NCBI GenBank assembly: GCA_963555825.3
Contig: CAUVXB020000001.1
Location: forward strand, 2,208,001-2,272,000
Source: Alphaproteobacteria bacterium
Lineage (GTDB): Bacteria > Pseudomonadota > Alphaproteobacteria > JAAXGF01
Length of the DNA: 64,000 bases
Direction: 5' to 3'
Shown here: piece by piece, positions 12,770 to 22,788 of the stretch
Position numbering within the stretch: position 1 is the stretch's first letter
How the letters are laid out: each line of letters starts with the position of its first letter
Position numbers and translations under genes: made by a program
Notes under the pieces: generated by a model
Seen by the model: the letters and a program-made list of their open reading frames with translations, nothing else
Databases searched by the model: none
What the model was told of the DNA's origin: nothing

Positions 12770-13183
12770 TCGAGCCGAATAAAAATGCAAAAATTGCATG
12801 GTGATGCTTGTTCATCAATCGGCACCGGGGGATAAAAGGATATACTCGCAATTCGATACGATCTATCGGTCTGGTGACCGTTGGCCGAAATTGTGCTTGC
12901 GGCCCACGGAGTAGAACCGTCAGTGCTTTTTGTTTGAAAAATGAAATCAGGGAACGAAAATGCGAAAAGAAAACGTTAAAGAATATGAGCTGTTGCGGCG
13001 CGAAGTTCAAGATGTGAAAAATTGTATAACCAGCTACATGGGGTTTTCCCTTGGTGGATCGGCTTTTGCGTTCATCATAATTGATAACACCCGCATTTCC
13101 CAAGTATCGTCGATATTCAGTGCGGCGAGAAGGCGATTCTGCTATAAGAATCATGAAGTTGTAGCATACATGGAGCGGCGGAT

Positions 13184-14533
13184 ATGGCACACCCGATGGG
13201 TGAATCGAAACCGGGGTGCCTTCGGGTCGTTTTTGACCGTCGATTGAAGCTTGAATTCCACGGTTCCAAGATCACCTCTGATGCCGGGTTGCTCGCCTAC
13301 CGGGAGCTTGACGATGCCCTCGGCCTGACTGAGATGGCCGAGGGTGTTTTCCAGGATAGCCGTACCGGCAAGAACGGATGGCACGGCATGACGGGTCAGT
13401 TTCGCCAGTCCGTTTTCGGGCGCCTTGGCGGCTATGACGATGTGAACGACGCCGACCGTCTGGGACGCGATCCCGCCATGCGCTGGATTGTTGGCGGCAA
13501 GGCCATCGAAAGACAGGCCGCTTCCACCAGCCAGATGGGACGCTTCGAGACGGAGCTATTGGCCACCGACGAGAGCGTTGAAGCCTTGGTCGACATGAAC
13601 GGGGTGTGGATCGACAAGGTTCATGACCGCCATCCGCCGAAGATGATCATTCTCGACATGGACAGCAGCGTCAGCCCGACCCATGGCGAACAAGAGGGAA
13701 CAGCGTACAATGGTCACTTCGGCTGTACCTGCTAGCATCCGCTATTCCTGTTCAACCAGTTCGGCGACTTGGAGAGATGTTCCCTGCGCCCCGGTAATGT
13801 TCACAGTGCCGACGGATGGCGGAATGTTCTGGAGCCGGTGGTGATGCGCTATAAGGAAAGGAAGGTGCGGCTGTATTTTCGTGGCGATGCCGCCTTCGCC
13901 TCACCGGAGATATACGAATATCTCGAAGCCGAGGGATTACTCTACGTCATCCGCCTCAAAGCGAACGCGATTCTCCAGCGGAACATTGCCCATCTGCTTA
14001 CGCGACCTGTCGGTCGCCCGCCCGACCATGTTCGCCGTTTCCACGCCAGCTTCAGCTATCAGGCCGGATCGTGGAACAAGAAGCGCCGTGTCGTGGCCAA
14101 AGTGGAGTGGCACCCCGGCGAGCTGGTTCCTCGCGTCGGTTTCATCGTCACTAATCTGTCGCGCCCTACCAAGCGGGTGGTGGCGTTCTATAATCACCGT
14201 GGCACGGCGGAGCAGCACATCAAGGAAGGCAAGAACGCCATCAACTGGACCCGTCTGTCATGTCGCAAGTTCCGCAACAATGCCGTTCGGCTCCAGCTTC
14301 ACGCCCTGGCCTACAATCTGGGCAACTTCATGAGGACACTGGCTTTGCCGAAGGAGGTGGAGCACTGGTCGATGACGACGTTGCGCGACAAGCTGGTGAA
14401 GATCGGGGCCAAGGTTGTCCGACATGGCCGCTACGTTACGTTCCAATTGGCTGAGGTGGCGGTGCCGAGGGACCTGTTCCGGAAAATCCTGAGCTTGATT
14501 GATGATCTGCGACGAAGACCCGCTCCGGCGTAG
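13184..14533 (+). pseudogene. IS1380 transposase with an in-frame TAG at 13733-13735
   Basis: Translation identical to copy 1 except one N/S change; same amber codon. Confidence 0.85.
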
Positions 14534-14649
14534 GCCGAGGGAATCGACGGCGAGGAGAAAGCGACAGGAGAGGTGTGTCTGGATGGCGAGAAAAATGACC
14601 GAGTGGCCTTCCAAGCGCGGGCCGATTACCAAAATCATGCCATCGGATG

Positions 14650-16099
14650 GGCGATGTCCCTATCTCTGTTGAAATTCGTGGGGCAGGCGTCGCTGGTTGA
14701 TGATGCTATGCTGCCTTCATGATGGTTTCAATGGCACTGTCGGCCTGAGCCTTTCTCAAGTGTTCCTGGAGAGCATTTCGGAGGATGGGCAGCTGACGAT
14801 AGGCCTTGAGGCGACGGAAGGTTTTCTGGGCCTCCAGCAGGCCGGCGGCGGTCCATCTGAGCGCCATCTCGGCGTGTCTCCAGCGTTTGACGTTGCGGGT
14901 GACCTGGCGCACCGTGCCGAGCGCGTTCTCGACGATGTTGGTGCAGGCGAGCGAGCGCCGGAGTTCGTGCGGCAGGCCGAGGCGGATGACGGTGAGGATC
15001 TCGTCCAGCCCCTCCAGGATGCTGCCCGAGACGCCCGGTTCCTCATGCTCCAGACGCCGGGCCAGGTTGCGCAGCAGCCGTTCGGCCTTGTCTGCGTCGT
15101 CCTGGTCCCAGGCCTGACGGAGCGCCTTCTTGACGCTCGCATGCAAATGCAGGGGCAGGCGCTCGATGATGTTACGGCCCTTGTGGACCTGGCAGCGCTG
15201 GATGGCGGCGGCCACACCGAAGGTGTTGCGGATCGCTTTGCTGAGCGCCTTCGCGCCATCGACGATGAACAGCCGGGGCAGCGTCGGATCGAGCCCCCTG
15301 GCGAGGAGATTGTCGAGCAAGGCCTGGACGACGACAGTGTTCTCCGTCGCCCCCTCGACCACGGCCAGGACATGCTTGTCGCCGTTGCCATCGACGCCGA
15401 TCGCCGCCACCAAGACATGGTCGCCGACATGCAGACCGTCGATCTGGATGACCAGCAGGTCGAGCTCCGAGAGGTCCGAGGCGAGCCAGGCCTTCATCTT
15501 CTTGCGCGACAGCGCCACAAAGCGCCGGGAAACGGCCGACTTCGAGGTGCCGTCGCCACGCGCTTTCGCCAGGTCGCCCTCGGGCAGACGGACCGCGCGG
15601 TGGTACTTGCGGGTCGACACGTTCAGGACCATCAGGTTGAGCGCCCACTCGAGCAACAGGTTGCCGTCGCGCAGCACCTGCCAGCTCTCCAAACCCACCT
15701 CCTTGCCAGCATGGTCGCGAACCCGTGGCCGCTGCACTTTCACGCGGCCGCCGTGGTAGCCGATCTCGCTCTGCGTATGGCCCCAGCGATAACCCCGACG
15801 GTTCCCATGGCGACGATGTCGGGCCCCGCACACGGTCGTGGCGTCCTCCTCCATCATCTCGGCCAAGGCCTCGACCCCGGCCAGGAGACAGAACCGATCC
15901 ACGCTGAGACGGACTGCGTCCATCGCGTCTGCCAGCGGCGGCATAGGAAACGAGGTGGCAAGGGCTTTCGGGCTACTGGAACTACGGATATTCTTTCCCA
16001 TGGTGTCGTTCTCCCTCTTGGGTTTGCAGCACCCGGAGCCTAACGGCTCCAGGAGAGCGACACCTACCTCAACTTTTCAACATCGACCGGGACATCTCC
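14650..16099 (-). mobile_element. IS256-family element (1450 bp)
   Basis: IRs GGCGATGTCCC..TGTTGAAA / GGAGATGTCCC..TGTTGAAA; 8-bp TSD ATCGGATG at 14642-14649 and 16100-16107. Confidence 0.9.
14706..16001 (-). CDS. IS256 (mutator-like) transposase
   Basis: VSTRKY, IQIDG, IVDGAKAL, QRCQVHK, CTNIVEN motifs. Confidence 0.92.
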   Translation of the reverse strand: MGKNIRSSSSPKALATSFPMPPLADAMDAVRLSVDRFCLLAGVEALAEMMEEDATTVCGARHRRHGNRRGYRWGHTQSEIGYHGGRVKVQRPRVRDHAGKEVGLESWQVLRDGNLLLEWALNLMVLNVSTRKYHRAVRLPEGDLAKARGDGTSKSAVSRRFVALSRKKMKAWLASDLSELDLLVIQIDGLHVGDHVLVAAIGVDGNGDKHVLAVVEGATENTVVVQALLDNLLARGLDPTLPRLFIVDGAKALSKAIRNTFGVAAAIQRCQVHKGRNIIERLPLHLHASVKKALRQAWDQDDADKAERLLRNLARRLEHEEPGVSGSILEGLDEILTVIRLGLPHELRRSLACTNIVENALGTVRQVTRNVKRWRHAEMALRWTAAGLLEAQKTFRRLKAYRQLPILRNALQEHLRKAQADSAIETIMKAA

Positions 16100-17309
16100 A
16101 TCGGATGGCTGCATAGGGGATACAGTTCCCTTGGCGGTGGGAAAGTGGTACGATTTCCACGAATTTGGATGGTATATGGGGAATGTCGGTAACAGTATGT
16201 CCAGCGACGCTATGGGTCCATATGCGTCATTCACGCCAATTGCGATTGCACTTGTAATCACGTTAGTGTTGTTGATCGTCTACTACAAATTCAACTCTCA
16301 CAACAGATATGCGGGCTATTGCAAATTGCTAAACGAAGAATCATGGAACATCCCGTCGGAATTAAACGAAGATGTGTATACCTGGGAAATTTGCATTGAC
16401 AGACTTAGGCACTTCGACACGCATAAACACGAACTAATTAGCCTTTGTGAAGGAGCAACCATCGAAGTCGAAGGTAACGTTGATGACGCGAAAAAACGGC
16501 AGATAAAAGACAAATTTTCTTCGGAGATTCAAGATATTTCGGGACTCGATCCGAAAATTGACAATAATAAAAAGAGGAATGGTTTTCGCTTGTTTCGACG
16601 TTCAATTCGAGGAGAGCATGACTCTTCATCCTGGGGATTCCCAATCCGGGTGACTTTAGTTTTCTTTTTGACTAGCACGGTGAATATTTTATGGAATTGT
16701 TGGATTTATTTGGCAGACATCATCACTTTTAGCCAATGCCAGCAAGGTCGGATACGGAGCAATTATTGTGCAAATAATATTTCTTACTCTCAACATCGTT
16801 ATATTTTCAGTGTTGTTGTCTCTTTGGTCGTTTTTATTTGGAAAACTCCACACGCTTATGAATGGCAGCTCCACAGTTCACAATTTTTATCTGAGGTTTA
16901 TCCCAATTCGAAACAATTACTTGTGTCGATATCTACAAATTACTCTACTATATAAGATGGGATTTGGCCTCTAGTCGGTGAGGCACGGGATAAACGCGCA
17001 TTCGACAGTGCCTTGCGTTCGCATTGGGGACGTTTTGAACGTAGCTTGATAGCTCCGTCTGTTTCGCGCACATGCGGAGATTTTATGGCTGATATTGGGG
17101 GTGACAAGTTGGATCATCGGATGGAGCAGTCGATCCTCGTAAGTTGGGAGACAGGGCCGTAGTTTGTCAATATTTCGGCTGTGTAGGGTTTTGCGTTGAG
17201 AGGGAAACGGCAATTCGCCTAATTCCGTGCGCGGCCGTTGCAAATCGGTCTTGGCTGGGCTATCTCATGGGTCGATCACGCAATCCCCGAGCGACAGAGA
17301 ACCCGCCCC

Positions 17310-18341
17310 ATGACCGCACACGAACTCGTTGAAACCGCCCGGGCATTGGTCGCCGAGGGCAAGGGAATCCTGGCCGCCGACGAGAGCAGCGGCACCATCA
17401 AGAAGCGCTTCGATTCGATCGGCGTGGAGTCGACCGAGGAGAACCGCCGCGCCTATCGCGAATTGCTGTTCACCACGCCAGGCGCCAACGAATTCATCTC
17501 GGGCGTCATCCTCTATGACGAGACGCTGCGCCAATTCGCGGCGGGTGGCGAATCGCCGTTCCCGTTGCTGCTCGCCGATCAGGGCGTCATTCCCGGCATC
17601 AAGGTCGACACCGGCGCCAAGGCGCTGGCCGGCGCGCCGGGCGAGAAGATCACCGAGGGGCTCGACGGCCTGCGTGAGCGTTGCGCCGAGTACTATGCGC
17701 TGGGCGCGCGCTTCGCCAAATGGCGCGCCGTGATCACCATCGGCGACGGCATCCCGAGCGCCCGTTGTATCGACGCCAATGCCCATGCGCTGGCGCGCTA
17801 CGCGGCGCTGGCGCAGGCAGCCGGGCTGGTTCCGATCGTCGAGCCCGAGGTAATGATGGACGGCGATCACGGCATCGAGCGCTGCGCCGAGGCCACCGAG
17901 GCGGCGCTGAATGCCGTCTACCGCGAACTCCATGCCCAGCGGGTCATGCTCGAGGGCAGCCTCTTGAAGCCCAACATGGTGCTGCCTGGCGCCGATCACG
18001 CGGCGCAGGCGAGCGTCGCCGAGGTCGCCGAGGCGACCGTCGCCGTGCTGCGCCGCTGCGTGCCCGCCGCAGTGCCCGGCATCGTCTTCCTATCGGGCGG
18101 CCAAAACGACACGGTCGCCACGGCGCATCTCAACGCGATGAACGCGATGGACACGGCGCACCCGTGGCAGCTGAGTTTCTCATACGGCCGCGCTCTGCAG
18201 GCACCGACCCTCAAGGCGTGGGCCGGCAAAGCCGAGAACGCTGCCGCCGCCAAGGACGCCTTGTACCACCGGGCGCGGCTCAACGGTGCTGCCCGCTACG
18301 GCCGCTACAGCGCCGAAATGGAGCGCGAAGCGGCCGCCTGA
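17310..18341 (+). CDS. fba: Class I fructose-bisphosphate aldolase
   Basis: GKGILAADES, GARFAKWRAV, VPIVEPEV, LLKPNMV, LSFSYGRALQ. Confidence 0.95.
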   Translation: MTAHELVETARALVAEGKGILAADESSGTIKKRFDSIGVESTEENRRAYRELLFTTPGANEFISGVILYDETLRQFAAGGESPFPLLLADQGVIPGIKVDTGAKALAGAPGEKITEGLDGLRERCAEYYALGARFAKWRAVITIGDGIPSARCIDANAHALARYAALAQAAGLVPIVEPEVMMDGDHGIERCAEATEAALNAVYRELHAQRVMLEGSLLKPNMVLPGADHAAQASVAEVAEATVAVLRRCVPAAVPGIVFLSGGQNDTVATAHLNAMNAMDTAHPWQLSFSYGRALQAPTLKAWAGKAENAAAAKDALYHRARLNGAARYGRYSAEMEREAAA

Positions 18342-18357
18342 GGGCCCGCCGCCACCG

Positions 18358-19005
18358 ATGGCAACCACCGAGCGGCGCTGCCGCCTCTATCTGATCACGC
18401 CGCCCGACCTGGCGCCCGACGGTTTCGCGCCGTCGCTCGCCGAGGCGCTCGACGGTGGCGACGTCGCCTGCGTCCAGCTCCGCATGCCGGACGTCGACGA
18501 CGGGGTGCTTGTCCGCGCCGTCGAGACGTTGATGCCGATATGCCGCGAGCGCGACGTCGCCTTTCTGGTCAACGGACACATCGATGTCGTCGCGGGTCTC
18601 GACGTCGACGGCGTGCATATCGGCCGCGCCGAGGGCGTCGCCGAGGCGCGCCGACGGCTCGGCGACGGCGCCATCGTCGGGGTTTCCTGCGGCGGCTCGC
18701 GCGACGCCGCGATGCGCGCCGGCGAGGCGGGCTGCGACTACGTCTCGTTCGGCGCCCTGTTCGCTTCGACGACGCTGCCGGACGCGGAAATCGTCGCGAC
18801 CGATGTCGTCGCCTGGTGGAGCGACCTGATGGAAGTGCCCTGCGTCGCGGTCGGCGGACTGACGCCGGCGAATTGCGTGGCGGCGACGGCGGCGGGCGCT
18901 GATTTCATCGCCGTTTCGGCGGCGGTGTGGAGCGATCCGAAGGGTCCCGGCGCGGCCGTCGCGGCGTTCAACGCGGCGATTGAACGCGCCCGGACGACCT
19001 GTTAG
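18358..19005 (+). CDS. thiE: Thiamine phosphate synthase
   Basis: RLYLITPP, VQLR, DGVHIG, IVGVSC, DYVSFG, PCVAVGG. Confidence 0.88.
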   Translation: MATTERRCRLYLITPPDLAPDGFAPSLAEALDGGDVACVQLRMPDVDDGVLVRAVETLMPICRERDVAFLVNGHIDVVAGLDVDGVHIGRAEGVAEARRRLGDGAIVGVSCGGSRDAAMRAGEAGCDYVSFGALFASTTLPDAEIVATDVVAWWSDLMEVPCVAVGGLTPANCVAATAAGADFIAVSAAVWSDPKGPGAAVAAFNAAIERARTTC

Positions 19006-19058
19006 GTTCCGCGCGCGAAATCACCCCGCCGAACACCAAAATCCGCTAGGCTTACGCC

Positions 19059-19625
19059 ATGAAGATCAACGGCAACGCTATCCGTCCCGGCAACGTCATC
19101 GAGCACAAGGGCCGCCTGTGGGCCGCCGTCAAGATCATGCACACGCAGCCCGGCAAGGGTGGCGCCTATGCCCAGGTCGAACTCAAGGACATCCGCAGCG
19201 GCACCAAGCTCAACGAGCGCTTCCGCTCGGCCGAGACGGTCGAACGCGTGCGGCTCGACGAGAAGGAGCACCAGTTCCTCTACGCCGAGGACGCGCAACT
19301 CACCTTCATGGACAACGAGACCTACGAGCAGATCACGCTCGACGCCAGCGCGGTCGGCGAGCAGGTGGTCTACCTGAGCGATGGCATGACGGTTACCATC
19401 CTCAGCTTCGAGGGCGAGCCGATCTCGGTACAGCTGCCCGACATGGTCACGCTCGCGATCGCCGAGACCGAGGCCGTCATCAAGGGCCAGACGGCCTCGT
19501 CGTCGTTCAAGCCGGCGATTCTCGAGAACGGCGTGCGCATCATGGTGCCGCCGCATGTCGAAGCGGGTACCCGCGTCATCGTCGCCACCGCCGACGGCGC
19601 GTACCGTGAGCGCGCGCGCGATTAG
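19059..19625 (+). CDS. efp: Elongation factor P
   Basis: [22 protein letters not shown]. Confidence 0.97.
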   Translation: MKINGNAIRPGNVIEHKGRLWAAVKIMHTQPGKGGAYAQVELKDIRSGTKLNERFRSAETVERVRLDEKEHQFLYAEDAQLTFMDNETYEQITLDASAVGEQVVYLSDGMTVTILSFEGEPISVQLPDMVTLAIAETEAVIKGQTASSSFKPAILENGVRIMVPPHVEAGTRVIVATADGAYRERARD

Positions 19626-19646
19626 CGCGCGCCGCCCCTCCCCCAT

Positions 19647-20447
19647 ATGGCTCCCCGTTCCCCCACCATCACCGTCATGACCCAGGCGGCCTACAAGGCC
19701 GCCCGCGGGCTGACGCGCGATTTCGGCGAGATCGAAAAGCTTCAGGTCTCGAAGAAGGGGCCGGCCGATTTCGTCACCAACGCCGATTTGCACGCCGAGA
19801 AAGTACTGCGCTACGAGCTCGCGCGGGCGCGGCCCGGCTTCGGTTTCCTGCTCGAGGAGGCCGGCGCGATCGCCGGCGACGACGAGAGCCGGCGCTGGAT
19901 CGTCGACCCGCTCGACGGCACACTCAACTTCATGCACGGCATCCCGCATTTTGCCATCTCGATCGGCCTCGAGCAGAATGGCGAACTGGTCGCCGGCGTG
20001 ATCTACGACCCGTTGCGCGACGAGCTGTTCCACGCCGAGAAAGGCGCCGGCGCCTACCTCAACAACCACCGCCTTCGCGTTTCGTCGCGCGGTAACCTCG
20101 CTGACGCCGTGATCGCCACCGGTATTTCGTGGCGCGGCCGCGAGCGCCACGAGAGCTATCCGGCAGAGCTCGAGGCGGTGACGGCCAAGTGCGCCGCCGT
20201 GCGCCGCCTGGGCGCAGCCGCGCTGGATATCGCCTATGTCGCCGCCGGCCGCTACGAGGCCTTCTGGCAACCGGCGTTGTCGCCTTGGGACATCGCCGCC
20301 GGCCTGTTGATCGTGCGCGAGGCGGGCGGCTACGTCACCGAGATCGACGGCGGCGCCAACCCACTCGGCTCGGGCGACGTGCTGGCCGCGAACGACCGCC
20401 TGCACCGCCCCCTGACGGTGCTCCTCAAGGCCGCCGCCAAGGGTTAG
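19647..20447 (+). CDS. suhB: Inositol monophosphatase
   Basis: WIVDPLDGTLNF, WDIAAG. Confidence 0.93.
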   Translation: MAPRSPTITVMTQAAYKAARGLTRDFGEIEKLQVSKKGPADFVTNADLHAEKVLRYELARARPGFGFLLEEAGAIAGDDESRRWIVDPLDGTLNFMHGIPHFAISIGLEQNGELVAGVIYDPLRDELFHAEKGAGAYLNNHRLRVSSRGNLADAVIATGISWRGRERHESYPAELEAVTAKCAAVRRLGAAALDIAYVAAGRYEAFWQPALSPWDIAAGLLIVREAGGYVTEIDGGANPLGSGDVLAANDRLHRPLTVLLKAAAKG

Positions 20448-20518
20448 GGCATAAGCCGATAGATCGGAATCGATCGGCCTATGCCCGCCTGCGCCAATCG
20501 TGATTCCGACATAATGGG

Positions 20519-20617
20519 AGGCCGTCGGCCCTGCGGCCAGCTTTGATTCCATAAGATTGGCAAGCGCGGCGATTGAGCGCGGGTCACCTTTACGCAGTTA
20601 AGGCGACCGGACAATGC
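20519..20617 (+). repeat. Structured intergenic repeat family B, copy 2
   Basis: ATAAGATTGGCAAGCGCGGCGATTGAGCGCGGGTCA...GACCGGACAATGC matches copies 1 and 4. Confidence 0.7.
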
Positions 20618-20739
20618 GCGAGTGAGTCCTGGTTTATGGCAAGGCGGTTGTTGTCGGTTGGCCCCTGAGTTATTGTGACAATGCGGCGCGCGACGAGGGT
20701 TTGTCTCACCGCATGCGCCGAAATGAACGAGCGGAACGA

Positions 20740-21570
20740 ATGATGATGGGCAGTCTGAAAAGTCCGCGGGGGAGGCTATCGATCCACGTCGCAATCGCCG
20801 TCGCCCTGGTCGGCGGCGCGGCCCTTGGCGCGACGGGCGCATCGGCACAGAACACGCTGGTCATCGGCGGCAGCGGCCTGCCCGGCGTCGAGGTCAATCT
20901 GCAGGCGATCGAGACGTTAGGCTACCTGCCGGCACCGCGCCAGCTGCTGACGCCCGGCACGCCGAGAAGCGGCGCGCCGGCGATCCAACTGATTCCGCCG
21001 GGCGGCGTGGCGGCGCCCGCGCGGGTCACGCTGGCGCCCCCGCCGCCGCCCGAGCCCGCCAGCCCACCGCCCATGCCGGAACCGGTCGTGACGACGACGG
21101 CCACCATGATGCCCGAGCCGGAGCCAGCGCCCGCGCCGCCACCCGAACCCGAACCGGTCGCCGCACCGGAACCGCCACCGGCGCCCGAACCGGTTGCCGA
21201 ACCGGCGCCGGTCGTCGCGGCGCTGCCGGCCGCCGTGCCCGTCGGCGGCATGGCGCCGGGCGAGGAGATGCGCCTGTTGTTCGACGGCGATTCGGCCGAA
21301 CTCGCCGGCGACGCGTCGACCCAGCTCAGCGATCTCGCCGCGCAGCTCACCGCCGACGAGGGCTTGCGCGTACAGGTCAAGGCCTACGCAAGCGGGTCCG
21401 GCGGCAGTGCGAGCACGGCGCGCCGCATCTCGCTGTCGCGCGCGCTCGCCGTCCGCGCCCATCTGATCGGCGAGGGCGTGCGCTCGACGCGCATCGACGT
21501 CCGCGCGCTGGGCAACAAGTCCGAGGATGGACCCGCCGAACGCGTCGACGTCGTACTCGTCGCCCGTTAG
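20740..21570 (+). CDS. Exported Pro-rich OmpA-like domain protein
   Basis: Signal peptide, PEP linker, RISLSRALAVRAHL...RIDVRALG...RVDV. Confidence 0.8.
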   Translation: MMMGSLKSPRGRLSIHVAIAVALVGGAALGATGASAQNTLVIGGSGLPGVEVNLQAIETLGYLPAPRQLLTPGTPRSGAPAIQLIPPGGVAAPARVTLAPPPPPEPASPPPMPEPVVTTTATMMPEPEPAPAPPPEPEPVAAPEPPPAPEPVAEPAPVVAALPAAVPVGGMAPGEEMRLLFDGDSAELAGDASTQLSDLAAQLTADEGLRVQVKAYASGSGGSASTARRISLSRALAVRAHLIGEGVRSTRIDVRALGNKSEDGPAERVDVVLVAR

Positions 21571-21624
21571 CCCTCCGGCGCGAACGAATCTGGCCCGATT
21601 GACAGACCCCCGATTGACAGACCA

Positions 21625-22776
21625 ATGACACGGCCTCAGGTCTACCTCACGCGCATGGTCTTGTTCGTCTGCGTCGTCGCCGTGGCGGCGGCGTGGATGT
21701 TCGTCGGTTTCGACACGATCCCGCGCGCCTTCATGGCCAATCGTTGGCTCAACGGCCTGATCATCGGCGTCATTCTTCTGGGCATCGGCTACATTTTCCG
21801 CCAGGTCGTCAGCCTGTCCCCCGAGGTCGACTGGATCGAGACCTTCAGGCGCAACGAGCCCAGCCTTGCCGTGCAGAAGCCGCCCCGCCTGCTAGCCTCG
21901 ATGGCGACCATGCTGGGCGAGCGCCAGGGGCGGCTCTCGCTGTCGGCGATGTCGATGCGCGCGCTCCTGGACAGCATCGCGTCGCGGCTCGATGAATCGC
22001 GCGACATCTCGCGTTATCTGATCGCCCTTTTGATCTTCCTCGGCCTGCTCGGCACGTTCTGGGGCCTGCTCGACACGATCTTTTCGGTCGCCGCGGTGAT
22101 TCAGGGTCTATCGGTCGGCGAAGGCGACATCACGGCCATTTTCGACGACCTCAAGAGGGGCCTTCAGGCGCCGCTGTCGGGCATGGGGACGGCATTCTCC
22201 TCGTCGCTCTTCGGCCTCGCCGGCTCGCTCGTGCTCGGCTTTCTCGACCTGCAGGCGAGCCAGGCACAGAACCGCTTCTACAATGACCTCGAGGAATGGC
22301 TATCGAGTCTGACGCGGCTCGGCAGCGGCGTCGAGCTGGGCGACGGGGGCCAGTCGGTGCCGGCTTACGTCAGCGCGCTCCTCGAGCAGACGGCCGAAAG
22401 CCTCGATACGCTTCAGCGCACGCTGACGCAGGGCGAGAGCAGCCGCTCGACGGCCGATCTGCGCATGCTTGACTTGACCGAGAAGCTCGCGACGCTGACC
22501 GACCAGATGCGCGCGGCACAGACCCTGATGGTCAAGCTCGCCGAGAACCAGATGGACCTCAAGCCGATACTGCAGCGCCTGACCGATCTGTCGGCCCAAA
22601 CCGACGGCGGCGTCGACGAGGCGACGCGCGGGCATATCCGCAACATCGACGTCTACATTACCCGCCTGCTCGAAGAGACCGTGTCGGGGCGCACGCAGTT
22701 GATCGACGGACTGCGCAGCGAGATCAAGCTGCTGGCCCGCACGATCGCCGCGCAAAGCGACGCGAACCGGGAATAG
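21625..22776 (+). CDS. MotA/TolQ/ExbB-like membrane protein
   Basis: FLGLLGTFWGL and GMGTAFSSSLFGL TM motifs. Confidence 0.85.
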   Translation: MTRPQVYLTRMVLFVCVVAVAAAWMFVGFDTIPRAFMANRWLNGLIIGVILLGIGYIFRQVVSLSPEVDWIETFRRNEPSLAVQKPPRLLASMATMLGERQGRLSLSAMSMRALLDSIASRLDESRDISRYLIALLIFLGLLGTFWGLLDTIFSVAAVIQGLSVGEGDITAIFDDLKRGLQAPLSGMGTAFSSSLFGLAGSLVLGFLDLQASQAQNRFYNDLEEWLSSLTRLGSGVELGDGGQSVPAYVSALLEQTAESLDTLQRTLTQGESSRSTADLRMLDLTEKLATLTDQMRAAQTLMVKLAENQMDLKPILQRLTDLSAQTDGGVDEATRGHIRNIDVYITRLLEETVSGRTQLIDGLRSEIKLLARTIAAQSDANRE

Positions 22777-22788
22777 GGGCCGCGCCCG

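Larger units (their letters stand above)
13090..16189 (+). mobile_element. IS1380-family element, copy 2, carrying a nested IS256
   Basis: Same ends as copy 1; 5-bp TSD TAACA at 13085-13089 and 16190-16194. Confidence 0.92.
12960..16974 (+). pseudogene. Low-GC membrane protein gene disrupted by IS1380::IS256, with a probable further frameshift near 16690
   Basis: Removing 13090-16194 joins ...FIIIDN to SMSSDAMG... in frame; hydrophobic segments; the last TM helix continues in frame 16768..16974. Confidence 0.7.
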
